From a candidate division FCPU426 bacterium (GTDB lineage: Bacteria; Oederibacteriota; Muellerivitia; Muellerivitales; Muellerivitaceae): a DNA stretch of 64,000 nucleotides. The stretch covers positions 1 through 64,000 of the forward strand of contig CAVTWJ010000002.1 of assembly GCA_963738405.1 (NCBI GenBank), read 5' to 3'. Under the pieces are notes generated by a model. That model was given only the letters and a program-made list of their open reading frames with translations, did not search any database and was not told the DNA's origin. Both the position numbers and the translations under genes were made by a program. Below, piece by piece: positions 37,556 to 47,133 of the stretch (positions within the stretch are counted from its first letter, which is position 1; each line of letters starts with the position of its first letter).

Positions 37556-37846
37556 TTACTTTTCCGGTTCGCAAAACACTTCCCGCATCAATTCAACCAG
37601 CTGAAGAATTTTCGGGTTCTGGATCGAGTAATAGATCATGTTCCCTTCCCGGCGGGTGACCACCAAATTCCTTTCTTTCATTTTGACTAAATGCTGGGAA
37701 ACATTGGATTGGGAAGCGCCCAGACCCTCGGTCAATTCCTGGACGTTCTTCTCGCCTTCGGCCAACATGGCCAAAATGGAAAGCCTGTGCGGATGGGCAA
37801 AAGCCTTGACGCAATGGGCGGCTTTATGGATTTGCGCTGTTTTCAT
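37556..37846 (-). CDS. ArsR/SmtB-family repressor (BigR/SqrR-like)
   Basis: AHPHRLSIL, SQSNVSQHL and RREGNMIYYS; C-terminal VFC. Confidence 0.9.
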   Translation of the reverse strand: MKTAQIHKAAHCVKAFAHPHRLSILAMLAEGEKNVQELTEGLGASQSNVSQHLVKMKERNLVVTRREGNMIYYSIQNPKILQLVELMREVFCEPEK

Positions 37847-37863
37847 ATTCGGAGCCTCGTTCT

Positions 37864-37899
37864 TATATTAGATATTACTAATATAGATTAAAAAGTCAA
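37864..37899 (-). promoter_or_regulatory. ArsR promoter with overlapping palindromic operator 1
   Basis: TATATTAG-atatta-CTAATATA (37864-37885); TTGACT -35 at 37894-37899. Confidence 0.72.
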
Positions 37900-37943
37900 G
37901 AGCCCATTTAATTGAATGAAAACTTGTTTCTTTGAATGGAGCC

Positions 37944-38411
37944 TTAGGGATTTTCCCTGGATCTCTTAAATTCCAGGAGTTCTTTGAATTCCCGCGCCAA
38001 TTCATCGCCCTTGATCAATTCGTCGGAAACGTCCCGCACGATGATCCGGGGGTCGTCCGCGATCTCCGCGATGCTTTCCCAGGCGAGAACCGACATCCGC
38101 GGATGATAGGCCAGGGAAAACACCGATACTTCCTTTTCATCTATATACATCTGGCGGAAAAACTCGCGGTCGGAAGGGCTATGCAGGAAAAGATCACCGG
38201 CTTCCCCATCATGGATCAGAAAAAATTCTTCCATGGGGCGTTTGAAACTAAATTCGAGAAAAACCACCAAGTGGTTGTTCCCTTTTCGTTGAATGCCGAT
38301 CCGGTTGGAGGTGATTTCAAATGATTCCATGGCCGGTTTTTCTAATTTGGGCAAAAAATAGTTTCTAAGGGTGTAGGAACTTGGGACATAAAGCAGAAAT
38401 TCTTTGGTCAT
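37944..38411 (-). CDS. Hypothetical protein
   Basis: 155-aa ORF with GGAAAGGGA RBS, in line with the upstream genes. Confidence 0.65.
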   Translation of the reverse strand: MTKEFLLYVPSSYTLRNYFLPKLEKPAMESFEITSNRIGIQRKGNNHLVVFLEFSFKRPMEEFFLIHDGEAGDLFLHSPSDREFFRQMYIDEKEVSVFSLAYHPRMSVLAWESIAEIADDPRIIVRDVSDELIKGDELAREFKELLEFKRSRENP

Positions 38412-38447
38412 CTTTCCCTTTCCATCGGGTTCATCGCCGTGATGGTT

Positions 38448-39167
38448 CTAAACCCTGCATAGAGTCCCAGAAGCGCTTTCCTCCAACTTACCCGTTCCAC
38501 AAGCCGAGCAGAGGGGATTTCGTTGGGGGATGAGGGATCGAATGCTTCTTTTTTGAATCTCCACTTTCCAAAGCCGCAAGGGGCGCTTTCCCTCCGCCAT
38601 CCGGATCAGCTCCTTTGCCGCAAGACTTCCCACCATCTGGGAGAAAGAACCCAGAACCCCCGCTTCCCGGCAGGTGGGCATGGCAAAGGGAGGCGGAATC
38701 TTAGGGATCAGACACCTTAAACAGGCCGTTTCCCCCGGAGCCACCGCCAGTACTTGGCCCTCAAACATCACCACCCCCGCGTGCACAAAGGGCTTGCCCG
38801 TTTTGACGCACCAATCGTTAAGCAAAAACTTCTTTTCCAGGCGGTCCAAGCCGTCCACCACCAGGTCAAAGCAGGAAAGAACCTTTTCGGCGTTGGAGGC
38901 ATCCAGGGCTTCCGGAATCGCCTCAAAGGCTCCATTGGGATAAAGGCGCAAAAGCTTTTTTACGGCGGTTTCGGCCTTAGGTTTTCCCAAGTCGTCATCA
39001 GAATAAAGTATCTGCCGGTGAAGATTGGAAAGCTCGACCTTGTCCGGGTCCATCAGGGTCAGGTTGTGAAACCCTTCAGCAGCTAGGGCTAAGGCCACAG
39101 GACAACCAAGCCCTCCCGCCCCGACGATCAATATTTTTTTATTTGAATTGAACATGATTTTAAACAA
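38448..39167 (-). CDS. HesA/MoeB/ThiF-family adenylyltransferase
   Basis: VGAGGLG, SNLHRQILY, CLRC, TCREAGVLG and C-terminal CSAC. Confidence 0.92.
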   Translation of the reverse strand: MFKIMFNSNKKILIVGAGGLGCPVALALAAEGFHNLTLMDPDKVELSNLHRQILYSDDDLGKPKAETAVKKLLRLYPNGAFEAIPEALDASNAEKVLSCFDLVVDGLDRLEKKFLLNDWCVKTGKPFVHAGVVMFEGQVLAVAPGETACLRCLIPKIPPPFAMPTCREAGVLGSFSQMVGSLAAKELIRMAEGKRPLRLWKVEIQKRSIRSLIPQRNPLCSACGTGKLEESASGTLCRV

Positions 39168-39214
39168 TAAACCTCAAGTTTGACGCCATTAGCAAGGGCG
39201 CCGCTTTTGATGGG

Positions 39215-40198
39215 TCAATAAACTCCCCGGATTTGTTTTTCCACCTGAGCCCAGTAGAAATCCCTTAAATCCTGATGCAAGGTTTCGGATAAAGAAGGCA
39301 AGTCGCTGGCCGAGGCGTTTTCCATGGCCTGGGCCGCCGTTTTCCCGCCGGGAATCAAGGTCGTGACCGCGTCAAAATCCAAGCACCAACGGTTGGCCAT
39401 TTGGCCCAGGTTCATGCCGGAAGGAACCATGGGCTTCAACTGTTCCACCAATTCCACCCCCTTCTCAAAGGGAATTCCCGCGAAGGTTTCGCCCACGTTG
39501 AAAGCCTGTCCGTCGCGGTTATAGGTGCGGTGGTCCTGCGGGGCAAACTGGGTGTTTTTGACATATTTTCCAGCCAGAAGCCCGCTGGCCAAGGGAAGCC
39601 GAACAATCAAGGCGATCTCTTTCTCCCGGGCCTTTTCAAAAAGCACATCAATGGGTTTTTGTCTGAAGATATTAAAAATAATTTGGAGCGATTCCATCCC
39701 CTCTTGATCGAGGCAAAGCAGGGCCTGGTCCATGGATTCCACGCTCACGCCGAAGCGCTTGATCTTGCCCAGCTTTTTGAGCTTTCGGAGCCAGCCGAAC
39801 ATATCTCCTTTTTCTAATTCGGAAGTTGGCGGGCAGTGCAATTGGGTTAAATCGAGCGAATCGACCCCCAGGCGGTTCAGGGACCCTTCGGTATGCTTCT
39901 CAAAGGATGGCCAAGTGAAGTTCGCCGTGCCTCCCGGCTCGGGAAAACGGATGATCTTGGTGGCAATGAATATTTTGGCCTTGGTTTCTTTTAGAAATTT
40001 TCCAATCAAGGTCTCGCTTCGCCCCGCCCCGTAAACATCGGCGGTATCGAAAAAATCAACGCCCGAATCCACGGCGGCTTTCATGGTCTCGAAGGCCTGG
40101 GTTTCGGAAACCTCTCCCCAATCCCCGCCGAACTGCCAGGTTCCGAGCCCCACCTCGGAAACTTCCGGCCCCGATTTCCCGAATTTACGTTTTTTCAT
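39215..40198 (-). CDS. Aldo/keto reductase
   Basis: GLGTWQFGG, DTADVYG, ATK, DLTQLH and PLASGLL. Confidence 0.93.
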   Translation of the reverse strand: MKKRKFGKSGPEVSEVGLGTWQFGGDWGEVSETQAFETMKAAVDSGVDFFDTADVYGAGRSETLIGKFLKETKAKIFIATKIIRFPEPGGTANFTWPSFEKHTEGSLNRLGVDSLDLTQLHCPPTSELEKGDMFGWLRKLKKLGKIKRFGVSVESMDQALLCLDQEGMESLQIIFNIFRQKPIDVLFEKAREKEIALIVRLPLASGLLAGKYVKNTQFAPQDHRTYNRDGQAFNVGETFAGIPFEKGVELVEQLKPMVPSGMNLGQMANRWCLDFDAVTTLIPGGKTAAQAMENASASDLPSLSETLHQDLRDFYWAQVEKQIRGVY

Positions 40199-40247
40199 GC
40201 CGCCTCCGCTTTATGCGTCTTGGAATTTCATGAATTATAAATGGTTT

Positions 40248-41726
40248 CTAAGGGTTTCCCGCCACTAAATGAAGGATCACATCCTTCAGCCTTCCGCCGT
40301 CCTTCGTGAAAACGACCAAGTAATAACCGGGAGCCACCGGCCTTCCCGATTCATCTTTCCCATCCCACAAAGCCCAATCATCCGCCTCGGCCACCACCTT
40401 CTTTTGATAGATGGGTCGAATCAAACGGTTCTGGCTGTCATAAACCGCCAGGCGGTAGACCCCCGGCCCATCGGAGAAGCTGACATATAGATTGGCGGGC
40501 GGCGCCTCCACCTCCATCGTCTGGGCCTGGGATTCAACGGGTTTTGGACCAAAGGTGGCGGTGGGTTGTTGGGGTACTACAGGGATCGCCGTGGGGGTAT
40601 CGACCGGGGGATGGTATTCCCAATTGACAGTGGGTGTGGGCGTGAAAAAAGGTGTTGGCTTAGAAATGATTATCCGTAAGGGGGCGGGATGTGCCAAGCG
40701 ACGTGGGGAGGGGCTTGGAACTACGGGGAGTTTCTTGACCGGGATGGTTGGAAACCAGACCCTGAGCGTTGGAGTTGCCACCGGGTTGATTAAAGGCGAC
40801 TGGGAAGTATTTCGGGGCCAAGGAGCCGGAAGGTAGGTCAAGGTCGGCCAAGGAGTTGCGGTTGGCGCCAAGGCAATATAAACCCGAGGGGTCGGAATCA
40901 AGGGTTCGGCGGGAATGGCAGTCGGCAGGGGTGTTGGAGTAGGGCGCGGCGTTTGAGTTGGGGTCGGTCGCGGAGGACGAGGCATCTGGGGGTGTCGGGG
41001 CCCTTCCGGCTCAACCACCCTGGAGACTTCTTTGGGAATGACCGCCGTTGGCGTTAAACAATAGGGACTTTGGCTGATGGGAAGGCTGAAATAGCGCCTA
41101 AAAAGATGCCGTTCGCCGGGGTGCAGGGCTTGAGTTTCTTGGGAGCGGGCCGAAAGAAAGCTCGCCAAAACACCCGAATCCGGGTCTTTTACCTGGGCAC
41201 AATCGGGAACCGTGGCGCCGAGGGCAAAGGCTGAAATCCATCCGGCGTCATTAAAATATTTGAACTGCCATCCCGAAGGGTCCGAATCCATTTCATCCGG
41301 TATATAAAAGGCCCGGTGTTGGTCCGTCTCGCTGCTGGCAAGAATGACTTCCCTTCCGTCGGACAACCTCATCTTCAATATATAGGCAAGGCCTATCGAA
41401 GCCTGAAGCAGCGTCTGGGGCTTCACCACCGACTTGGCGACCTCCAGGGCCAGAATATTCTCGCGGGTGAAATAGCAGAGGCTGGAGGGTTTGGCCTTGA
41501 TGGTCTTAAACCCCTTCTCCGGCGGGGTATGGGGCTGCTGGTCCACAATGTGGACTCCATTGAGCCAAACATCGGCCCAATTATCGACGCTTAGGTAAAT
41601 CGTCGCGGAAACCAGGTAGGGGTCGTCCGTCTGGGCGGAGAGGGGGGAGAAAAGAAAGAATCCCCCGAGTATCAGACCGAAGACAAATATGCGCCCTCGT
41701 TTATTTGGTAGAAATTTCCCGTTCAT
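40248..41726 (-). CDS. Secreted protein with Pro/Thr-rich linker and C-terminal FlgD-Ig-like domain
   Basis: Signal peptide; SVDNWADVWLNG lectin-like N-domain; WDGKDESGRPVAPGYY. Confidence 0.75.
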   Translation of the reverse strand: MNGKFLPNKRGRIFVFGLILGGFFLFSPLSAQTDDPYLVSATIYLSVDNWADVWLNGVHIVDQQPHTPPEKGFKTIKAKPSSLCYFTRENILALEVAKSVVKPQTLLQASIGLAYILKMRLSDGREVILASSETDQHRAFYIPDEMDSDPSGWQFKYFNDAGWISAFALGATVPDCAQVKDPDSGVLASFLSARSQETQALHPGERHLFRRYFSLPISQSPYCLTPTAVIPKEVSRVVEPEGPRHPQMPRPPRPTPTQTPRPTPTPLPTAIPAEPLIPTPRVYIALAPTATPWPTLTYLPAPWPRNTSQSPLINPVATPTLRVWFPTIPVKKLPVVPSPSPRRLAHPAPLRIIISKPTPFFTPTPTVNWEYHPPVDTPTAIPVVPQQPTATFGPKPVESQAQTMEVEAPPANLYVSFSDGPGVYRLAVYDSQNRLIRPIYQKKVVAEADDWALWDGKDESGRPVAPGYYLVVFTKDGGRLKDVILHLVAGNP

Positions 41727-41796
41727 GAGCGGACAGGATAACACGCTCCCAAGCTCAACCAACGGCTGGGTGGGGGCGTAACATTCCCGGCAATAT

Positions 41797-42753
41797 TCAG
41801 CGCCTTCCTTCCATGGCATCGCCCGTGGGGTCCTGCATATAAAAAGCCACCTCCGCGCCGAAAAGAATAATGGTCCAGGAAATATAAAACCAAATCAGAA
41901 TCACGGGAAAAACCCAAAGGGCGCCGTAGACGTGGGAATGCTCCAAAACATGGACGGTATAGAGGTTCATCAGTTCCCGGGCGATTTCCAACGCCAGGGA
42001 GGCCATCAACCCGGCCCAAACCGCACCTCTCATCAGCACCTTCGTGTTGGGCACCAGCGCGTACATGAGCGTACAGCCCAGCCATAGGGCCATGAAGGGC
42101 AATAGAATCGGCACAAAGGAAAGGCCTAAAAGGGGCCTCAGCATGGACCAGCTCTCAATCCAAGTTTTAAAAGAAAGCCAAACAACCGCCAGAAGAGGCG
42201 TCGCCACCAAAAAAACAAAATGGCGTAAAACCTGGTGCCCAATCCGCCTGCCTTTGGGGATGCCCCAAAGATAGTTAAAAGAAGTTTCCACATCCCTCAG
42301 CAATAGAAACACCACCACCCCGAAAGCCGCAAGTCCCGTAATCCCTACCCGCCTTGCGTGGCTGGCGAATTTATCCATGGAGGACATGATCTCCTGCTTG
42401 CCCGCCTGGTTGAGTTCCTCCATCTTCGCGACATCCTGGCCGTCCAGGGTGGGGTCGTGGTCAAGGTCTTCCACCGGATAGATGAGGTCGACGATCTTGT
42501 CGAGGATCACGGCCCTCTTCTCGACAAAGGCGGAAGCGGAAAGAATGGCCATGCCGATGGCCAGGGCGGGAACCAGGGCCAGGATAGTTTTAAAGGCCAT
42601 GGAACTGGCGTAAAGGCGCTTGTGCCCCTGGGGGCGGTTTTTGTTATGCGCGAAGGTTTTCTTGATGGCGGTCAATACCAGGCTGAGGGTATGGCCCGAT
42701 CCCAACGCTTTTCTTTCCGTCAGGGGGCTTTTACCGCGATAATTCGATCCCAA
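41797..42753 (-). CDS. YihY/virulence factor BrkB family membrane protein
   Basis: SSMAFKTILALVP, FNYLWG, YALVPN, VYGALW and WTIILFGAEV. Confidence 0.88.
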   Translation of the reverse strand: MGSNYRGKSPLTERKALGSGHTLSLVLTAIKKTFAHNKNRPQGHKRLYASSMAFKTILALVPALAIGMAILSASAFVEKRAVILDKIVDLIYPVEDLDHDPTLDGQDVAKMEELNQAGKQEIMSSMDKFASHARRVGITGLAAFGVVVFLLLRDVETSFNYLWGIPKGRRIGHQVLRHFVFLVATPLLAVVWLSFKTWIESWSMLRPLLGLSFVPILLPFMALWLGCTLMYALVPNTKVLMRGAVWAGLMASLALEIARELMNLYTVHVLEHSHVYGALWVFPVILIWFYISWTIILFGAEVAFYMQDPTGDAMEGRR

Positions 42754-42859
42754 AATCGCCTCGTTTGATTGAAGATGGGGACTGCGGGGTTATTTTAGAC
42801 AGGAAACCCCCGTTACCGTTATGTCATATCGTCAAAAATAAATTTTTCAGAGGTTTGAC

Positions 42860-43471
42860 TTGACCGAATCCCAAACTTATTCCCTCAAAAGCCGGACGCC
42901 CCCCGCCTGGGCGCCGCTAGCCCTCCAAGACCCCCTGGCTCTTTTGGCCGACCAGGCCTATCTGGAAAAAAAGGCCGCCAATAACGCCCTGGAATTCCTG
43001 AACATTTGGCCCTCGGCGCAGGCTCCCAAAGACTGGCTTTCTTCGGTCGCGGCGATTGCCAAGGATGAAACCCAGCATTTGGGCTTGGTTTTAAGGTTTT
43101 TGGAAAAAAGAGGGGGAGACCTGCCCCGAACCCACCGCAACCCCTACGCGCTTTCCCTTCAACAGCTCGTGCGCAAGGGCAAAGGCCCCGAGGAACTGGC
43201 GGATCGTCTATTGGTTTCAGCCTTGATTGAAATAAGGTCTTGCGAACGTTTTGAAAGGCTGGCCGAAGCCTCGCAAGACGCCGAACTTTCCAGGTTTTTT
43301 TCCTCGTTGGTTAAAAGCGAGAAGGGGCACCATCGAATTTTCGTGGAAATGGCCAAAAAAATATTGTCGGCGGAAAAGGTCAACGCCCGTTGGCGTTATT
43401 TAGCTGAAAAAGAGGCGGAAATCATCGAGGCTCAACAAGCGGGCCCAAGAATTCACAGCGGTTATTCCTGA
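42860..43471 (+). CDS. miaE: tRNA-(ms2io6A) hydroxylase MiaE-like ferritin-fold protein
   Basis: EKKAA, DETQH, DRLLVSALIEIRSCERF, SEKGH and RIHS. Confidence 0.85.
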   Translation: MTESQTYSLKSRTPPAWAPLALQDPLALLADQAYLEKKAANNALEFLNIWPSAQAPKDWLSSVAAIAKDETQHLGLVLRFLEKRGGDLPRTHRNPYALSLQQLVRKGKGPEELADRLLVSALIEIRSCERFERLAEASQDAELSRFFSSLVKSEKGHHRIFVEMAKKILSAEKVNARWRYLAEKEAEIIEAQQAGPRIHSGYS

Positions 43472-44100
43472 GAGATCTGCGAAAGAACCTGTTTGAACAC
43501 CGAAACCGGCTGGGCCCCTGAAACGGCGGCTTTCTGGTTGAACACAAAAAAAGGAACGCCCGTCACGCCCAGGTCGTAAGCTTTTTCTTCCGATTCCCGC
43601 ACTTCACGCACGCCTTCGTCGCTTTTCAAAAAGGCTTCTACTTTCTTAGAATCCAACCCCACGGAGACGGCCAAACCTACCAGGGTTTCAGGAAGGGTCA
43701 GGTCTTTTCCATCGGTAAAATAACCTTTGAAAAAAGCATCGTGTAATTCCTTGGCCTTTCCCTCTTTTTCAGCCAACCAAAGAACCCGGTGCGCCTGGAA
43801 GGTATTGGGGATCTTTTGAATTCTGTCGAACTGATAATCCAACCCAGCTTCCTTTCCTAATTGAGTCAATCGGTCATGGGCTGCGGCCAAGGCCTTCTCG
43901 CTTCCCAATTTGGATGACAGGTAGGTGTGATGGTCGATGCCTTCTTCGGGGGTGGCGGGATTGAGTTCATAGGGCAAGAACCGCACCTGGACGGGGCCTC
44001 CGCCCCATTCGTCCAAGGCCGTCTCCAGGCGTTTCTTTCCCAGGTAGCACCAGGGACAAATCACATCGGAATAGACATCGATAGAAAGGGTTGGCGTCAT
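43462..44100 (-). CDS. DsbA-family (FrnE-like) oxidoreductase
   Basis: SDVICPWCYLG, PNTFQAHR and GVTGVPFF. Confidence 0.92.
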   Translation of the reverse strand: MTPTLSIDVYSDVICPWCYLGKKRLETALDEWGGGPVQVRFLPYELNPATPEEGIDHHTYLSSKLGSEKALAAAHDRLTQLGKEAGLDYQFDRIQKIPNTFQAHRVLWLAEKEGKAKELHDAFFKGYFTDGKDLTLPETLVGLAVSVGLDSKKVEAFLKSDEGVREVRESEEKAYDLGVTGVPFFVFNQKAAVSGAQPVSVFKQVLSQISQE

Positions 44101-44183
44101 GGAATTCTCCTCACACAAGGAACATAGGTTTCCTAGTACAAGAAAAACAAGGGATGGGGGACGATTAGAATTGTTGGGACGCC

Positions 44184-44852
44184 CTATTTGCCCATCGTTT
44201 TTTTCAGGTCGTCGATGTTTTTCTGGGCATCGTTGTTTCCGTCCGCCAGGGCTTTCTGATACCAGACAAGCGCCTGCTGCTTATCTTGGGTTACGCCCAT
44301 GCCGTTCTCGTACATGACGCCCACGCCCCGCTCCGCGTTGGAATCGCCCTTGTCCGCGGCCTTTTTAAACCAGCTAAAGGATGCTTTATCGTCCTGCGCC
44401 ACACCTTCGGCTTGGTCGTACATCACCCCCACACAGACCATGCCGTTGGTATCCCCCATGTCGGCGGCCTTTTGATACCAGACAAGCGCTTGTTTGAAAT
44501 CCACCTTGACGCCGATACCGGATTCGTACATGGCGCCGACGCAAACATCCGCGCTGGAGTTGCCCATCGCCGCGGCCTTTTGGTACCAGGCTAGCGCCTG
44601 AGCGTTATCCACCGGCACTCCATCCCCGGCTTGGTACATGACGCCCAGGATACGGTCGGCGTCTGAGTGGCCAAGGGAAGCGGATTTTTTGAATAACTTC
44701 AGGGCCGAGGGATAGTCCTTGGCGGTAAAGGCGATAACTCCCTTGTCATATTCGGCTTTGCCCGGAGCTTTAGCGGCTAAAAGCGGCATGGGCAACGTCA
44801 TTCCTAATAGCAGTAACAAGACCAACCCGTTTAATCCGGCGATTCTTTTCAT
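44184..44852 (-). CDS. Secreted Sel1-repeat protein
   Basis: Repeated G.MY..G.GV..D...AL.WYQKAA..G. Confidence 0.9.
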   Translation of the reverse strand: MKRIAGLNGLVLLLLLGMTLPMPLLAAKAPGKAEYDKGVIAFTAKDYPSALKLFKKSASLGHSDADRILGVMYQAGDGVPVDNAQALAWYQKAAAMGNSSADVCVGAMYESGIGVKVDFKQALVWYQKAADMGDTNGMVCVGVMYDQAEGVAQDDKASFSWFKKAADKGDSNAERGVGVMYENGMGVTQDKQQALVWYQKALADGNNDAQKNIDDLKKTMGK

Positions 44853-44870
44853 TTTTTGTCTCCCTCAAAA

Positions 44871-45956
44871 TTATTTCACCATGCTGATTTTCATCTTATC
44901 GCCCTGCCGCAAGGTCATGACTACCGGCATTCCCTGAATGACCTGGCCAAAGACGGCGTATTTCCCGTCCAATTCGGGCTGGGCCGCGAGGCAGATGTAA
45001 AACTGGCTTGAGGCGGAATTGGGGTCGTTCGTCCGGGCCATCGCCACCGCCCCCTCAATGTGTTTATGTGATGAAATTTCCAGCGGAATCGTTTTGCCCG
45101 ACCCTCCGGCGCCCTTGCCAGTCGGGTCCCCACCTTGGATCACAAACCCGGGAACATAACGGTGGAAAGTGAGCCCGTCATAAAACCCCCGGTTGACCAG
45201 TTCGATGAAATTTTCAGTCGTCGTGGCAACATCGGGAAACAGTTTGATAATGATGGTACCCCGGTCGGTCTCAATCTTCGCCTCAAGATTACCTGTCGGG
45301 GGTTTGGGAGGGGGTGCGGAGGCCGGTTTTTCGGGCGCCGTATTAAGCGCCGTCTCCGCCTTGGACGCGGAGGGCGGCTTGGGCGGGTTCTTCACAAATT
45401 GGGCCATCTTGTCATATACCCAATGCATCAACCCGAATTGGTTGGGGGTCATGAGAAAGGTGGACTGATCCAGCTTAATTTGAATTTTCTTGGCGGTGTA
45501 AAGGGTTTTAAGCATGTCGGGGGTCACTGTGACATTAAATTCCTTCTGAGGCACATTCTTTGGATAATCGGTGTGATAACCAAAACTTATCCACTTCAAG
45601 GCTTTACCATCCACCAGCCAGGAAAAAGATTTTTGAGAGTAGGTCGTATTTTGGGAGCGGTAATAAAAGCTCAGATGGGCCAAAGGCTGTTCGGTCGAAA
45701 CTAAACCCGTTGATACGCATAAAAAAAATGGCGCGTCTTTTCCTTTGGCGTCTTTGAAGACCAGGTCGCTTTCCATCTTCGGATCGGGATAAATATTCAC
45801 CAAATGGTTCTTCGCGTCATTGCGCACAATAAGATATTTCTTTTTTTCCTCATCCGCGACGAACTTCAGGTATTGGGCTTTGGGTCCGGAATCAGAAAAG
45901 GCGGGAAAGGGTAGGCAGGAAAACAACAACAGGGATAGGGCCAGCAGTTTAAACAT
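44871..45956 (-). CDS. Secreted cyclophilin-type PPIase with an extra N-terminal domain
   Basis: C-terminal [31 protein letters not shown] and LDGKYAVFG. Confidence 0.88.
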   Translation of the reverse strand: MFKLLALSLLLFSCLPFPAFSDSGPKAQYLKFVADEEKKKYLIVRNDAKNHLVNIYPDPKMESDLVFKDAKGKDAPFFLCVSTGLVSTEQPLAHLSFYYRSQNTTYSQKSFSWLVDGKALKWISFGYHTDYPKNVPQKEFNVTVTPDMLKTLYTAKKIQIKLDQSTFLMTPNQFGLMHWVYDKMAQFVKNPPKPPSASKAETALNTAPEKPASAPPPKPPTGNLEAKIETDRGTIIIKLFPDVATTTENFIELVNRGFYDGLTFHRYVPGFVIQGGDPTGKGAGGSGKTIPLEISSHKHIEGAVAMARTNDPNSASSQFYICLAAQPELDGKYAVFGQVIQGMPVVMTLRQGDKMKISMVK

Positions 45957-46123
45957 AAATCCCTCCGGCTTTGGAATAGGGGCCGGGGAAATTATAAGCG
46001 GTTTAGGCCTAAGGGCGGGTTCAAATGCCGGTTAAAAATCCCCTCTTTGCGGGGTTAGGTGCCTTTGGTATGGTCGCCACAAGGCCCCTTATCGATTGGG
46101 CTAGAAATGGCACGGAGGTAGGT

Positions 46124-47056
46124 TTAGGGCTTGCGGCTATAAAAAACATAGTGGTATTTCACGGCTTTATTATATTCGGAAGGCGCGAGGGGCCTGTCGC
46201 CGCTGAGGGTCAAGTAGGAGGTGTCCTCGGCTAGATTCGCGTAAATTTGTTTTACACGACCATCTTTCGCGCGGACTTCCCAACGGATGTCTTTTAATAA
46301 TGGCCCGTTCGGGACGCCATAAATATCCCCTTGAACCGCCGAGCCATTTAAAGCCCAAGCCGCGTATTCATCCAACTTCACGGTCCCATCCGCCAAAAAA
46401 GAGAAGGTGATCGGCCAGGGTTGGCCGGGATTCGGCGAAAGTTGATTCCAACTGGTTCCATAGCAATCGGCGTCGTTACATCCGCCATTGAACTTCTCAT
46501 TCCCCGACCCGACACCGCAGAAACGGGCATACCACGTCCCCTCTAATTTATTAATGGCGGCGGCCGAATCGGTGTTCTTGGCCAATTTTTCGGCCGCGTA
46601 TTCTAGGGAACCGATTCTTTCCATAACGCTTTTACGGTCTTTGGCGTGGGGTTTTGCCAACAGGTATAACTTAAAATCGTTTATGGCGGTCAAAGGATCA
46701 TTCGCTTTTTCCCGGGCGGAACCGCAGTCGTAATAAGCTTCCGCGAGCCAGGGGGCCAAAGACAAGGCTTGATGGAGGACATCCGCCGCTTGTTTATAAT
46801 CCTCGGGGCTTTTCGCGTCCTTCATGATGGCTTTAGCCTTTCCGATCAACACATCCACTTCCTCGGGCGTTTCGGGTTTTTTCGGCATGTTTAAGACCAG
46901 TTGGATGATTTTCGCACGGAGGTCGAAAGAATCAGGTCCCTTTTGAACCTGGGCGACCCAATCCGCCAATTGGGCCTTCGAAGAAGTGGCGGCAAAGGAA
47001 GAAATGGAGAAAGAGAATAAAAACAAAATGAAAAGGGCCAACGGCAATTTAGACAT
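46124..47056 (-). CDS. Secreted TPR-like protein
   Basis: Signal peptide; ALSLAPWLAEAYY...A...FKLYL..P. Confidence 0.7.
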   Translation of the reverse strand: MSKLPLALFILFLFSFSISSFAATSSKAQLADWVAQVQKGPDSFDLRAKIIQLVLNMPKKPETPEEVDVLIGKAKAIMKDAKSPEDYKQAADVLHQALSLAPWLAEAYYDCGSAREKANDPLTAINDFKLYLLAKPHAKDRKSVMERIGSLEYAAEKLAKNTDSAAAINKLEGTWYARFCGVGSGNEKFNGGCNDADCYGTSWNQLSPNPGQPWPITFSFLADGTVKLDEYAAWALNGSAVQGDIYGVPNGPLLKDIRWEVRAKDGRVKQIYANLAEDTSYLTLSGDRPLAPSEYNKAVKYHYVFYSRKP

Positions 47057-47133
47057 ACTTCCCCCCGTTTGGAATGGACACTTGAGGGGGGAAGTATACG
47101 TCTATTAGACCCAAGGGCGGGTTTTAAAGCGGG

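Noticed and set aside
38448..39167. ThiF protein as part of a CBASS/ubiquitin-like defence or RiPP system
   Set aside because: Ordinary MoeB-length protein with no adjacent E2, JAB, cyclase or precursor peptide
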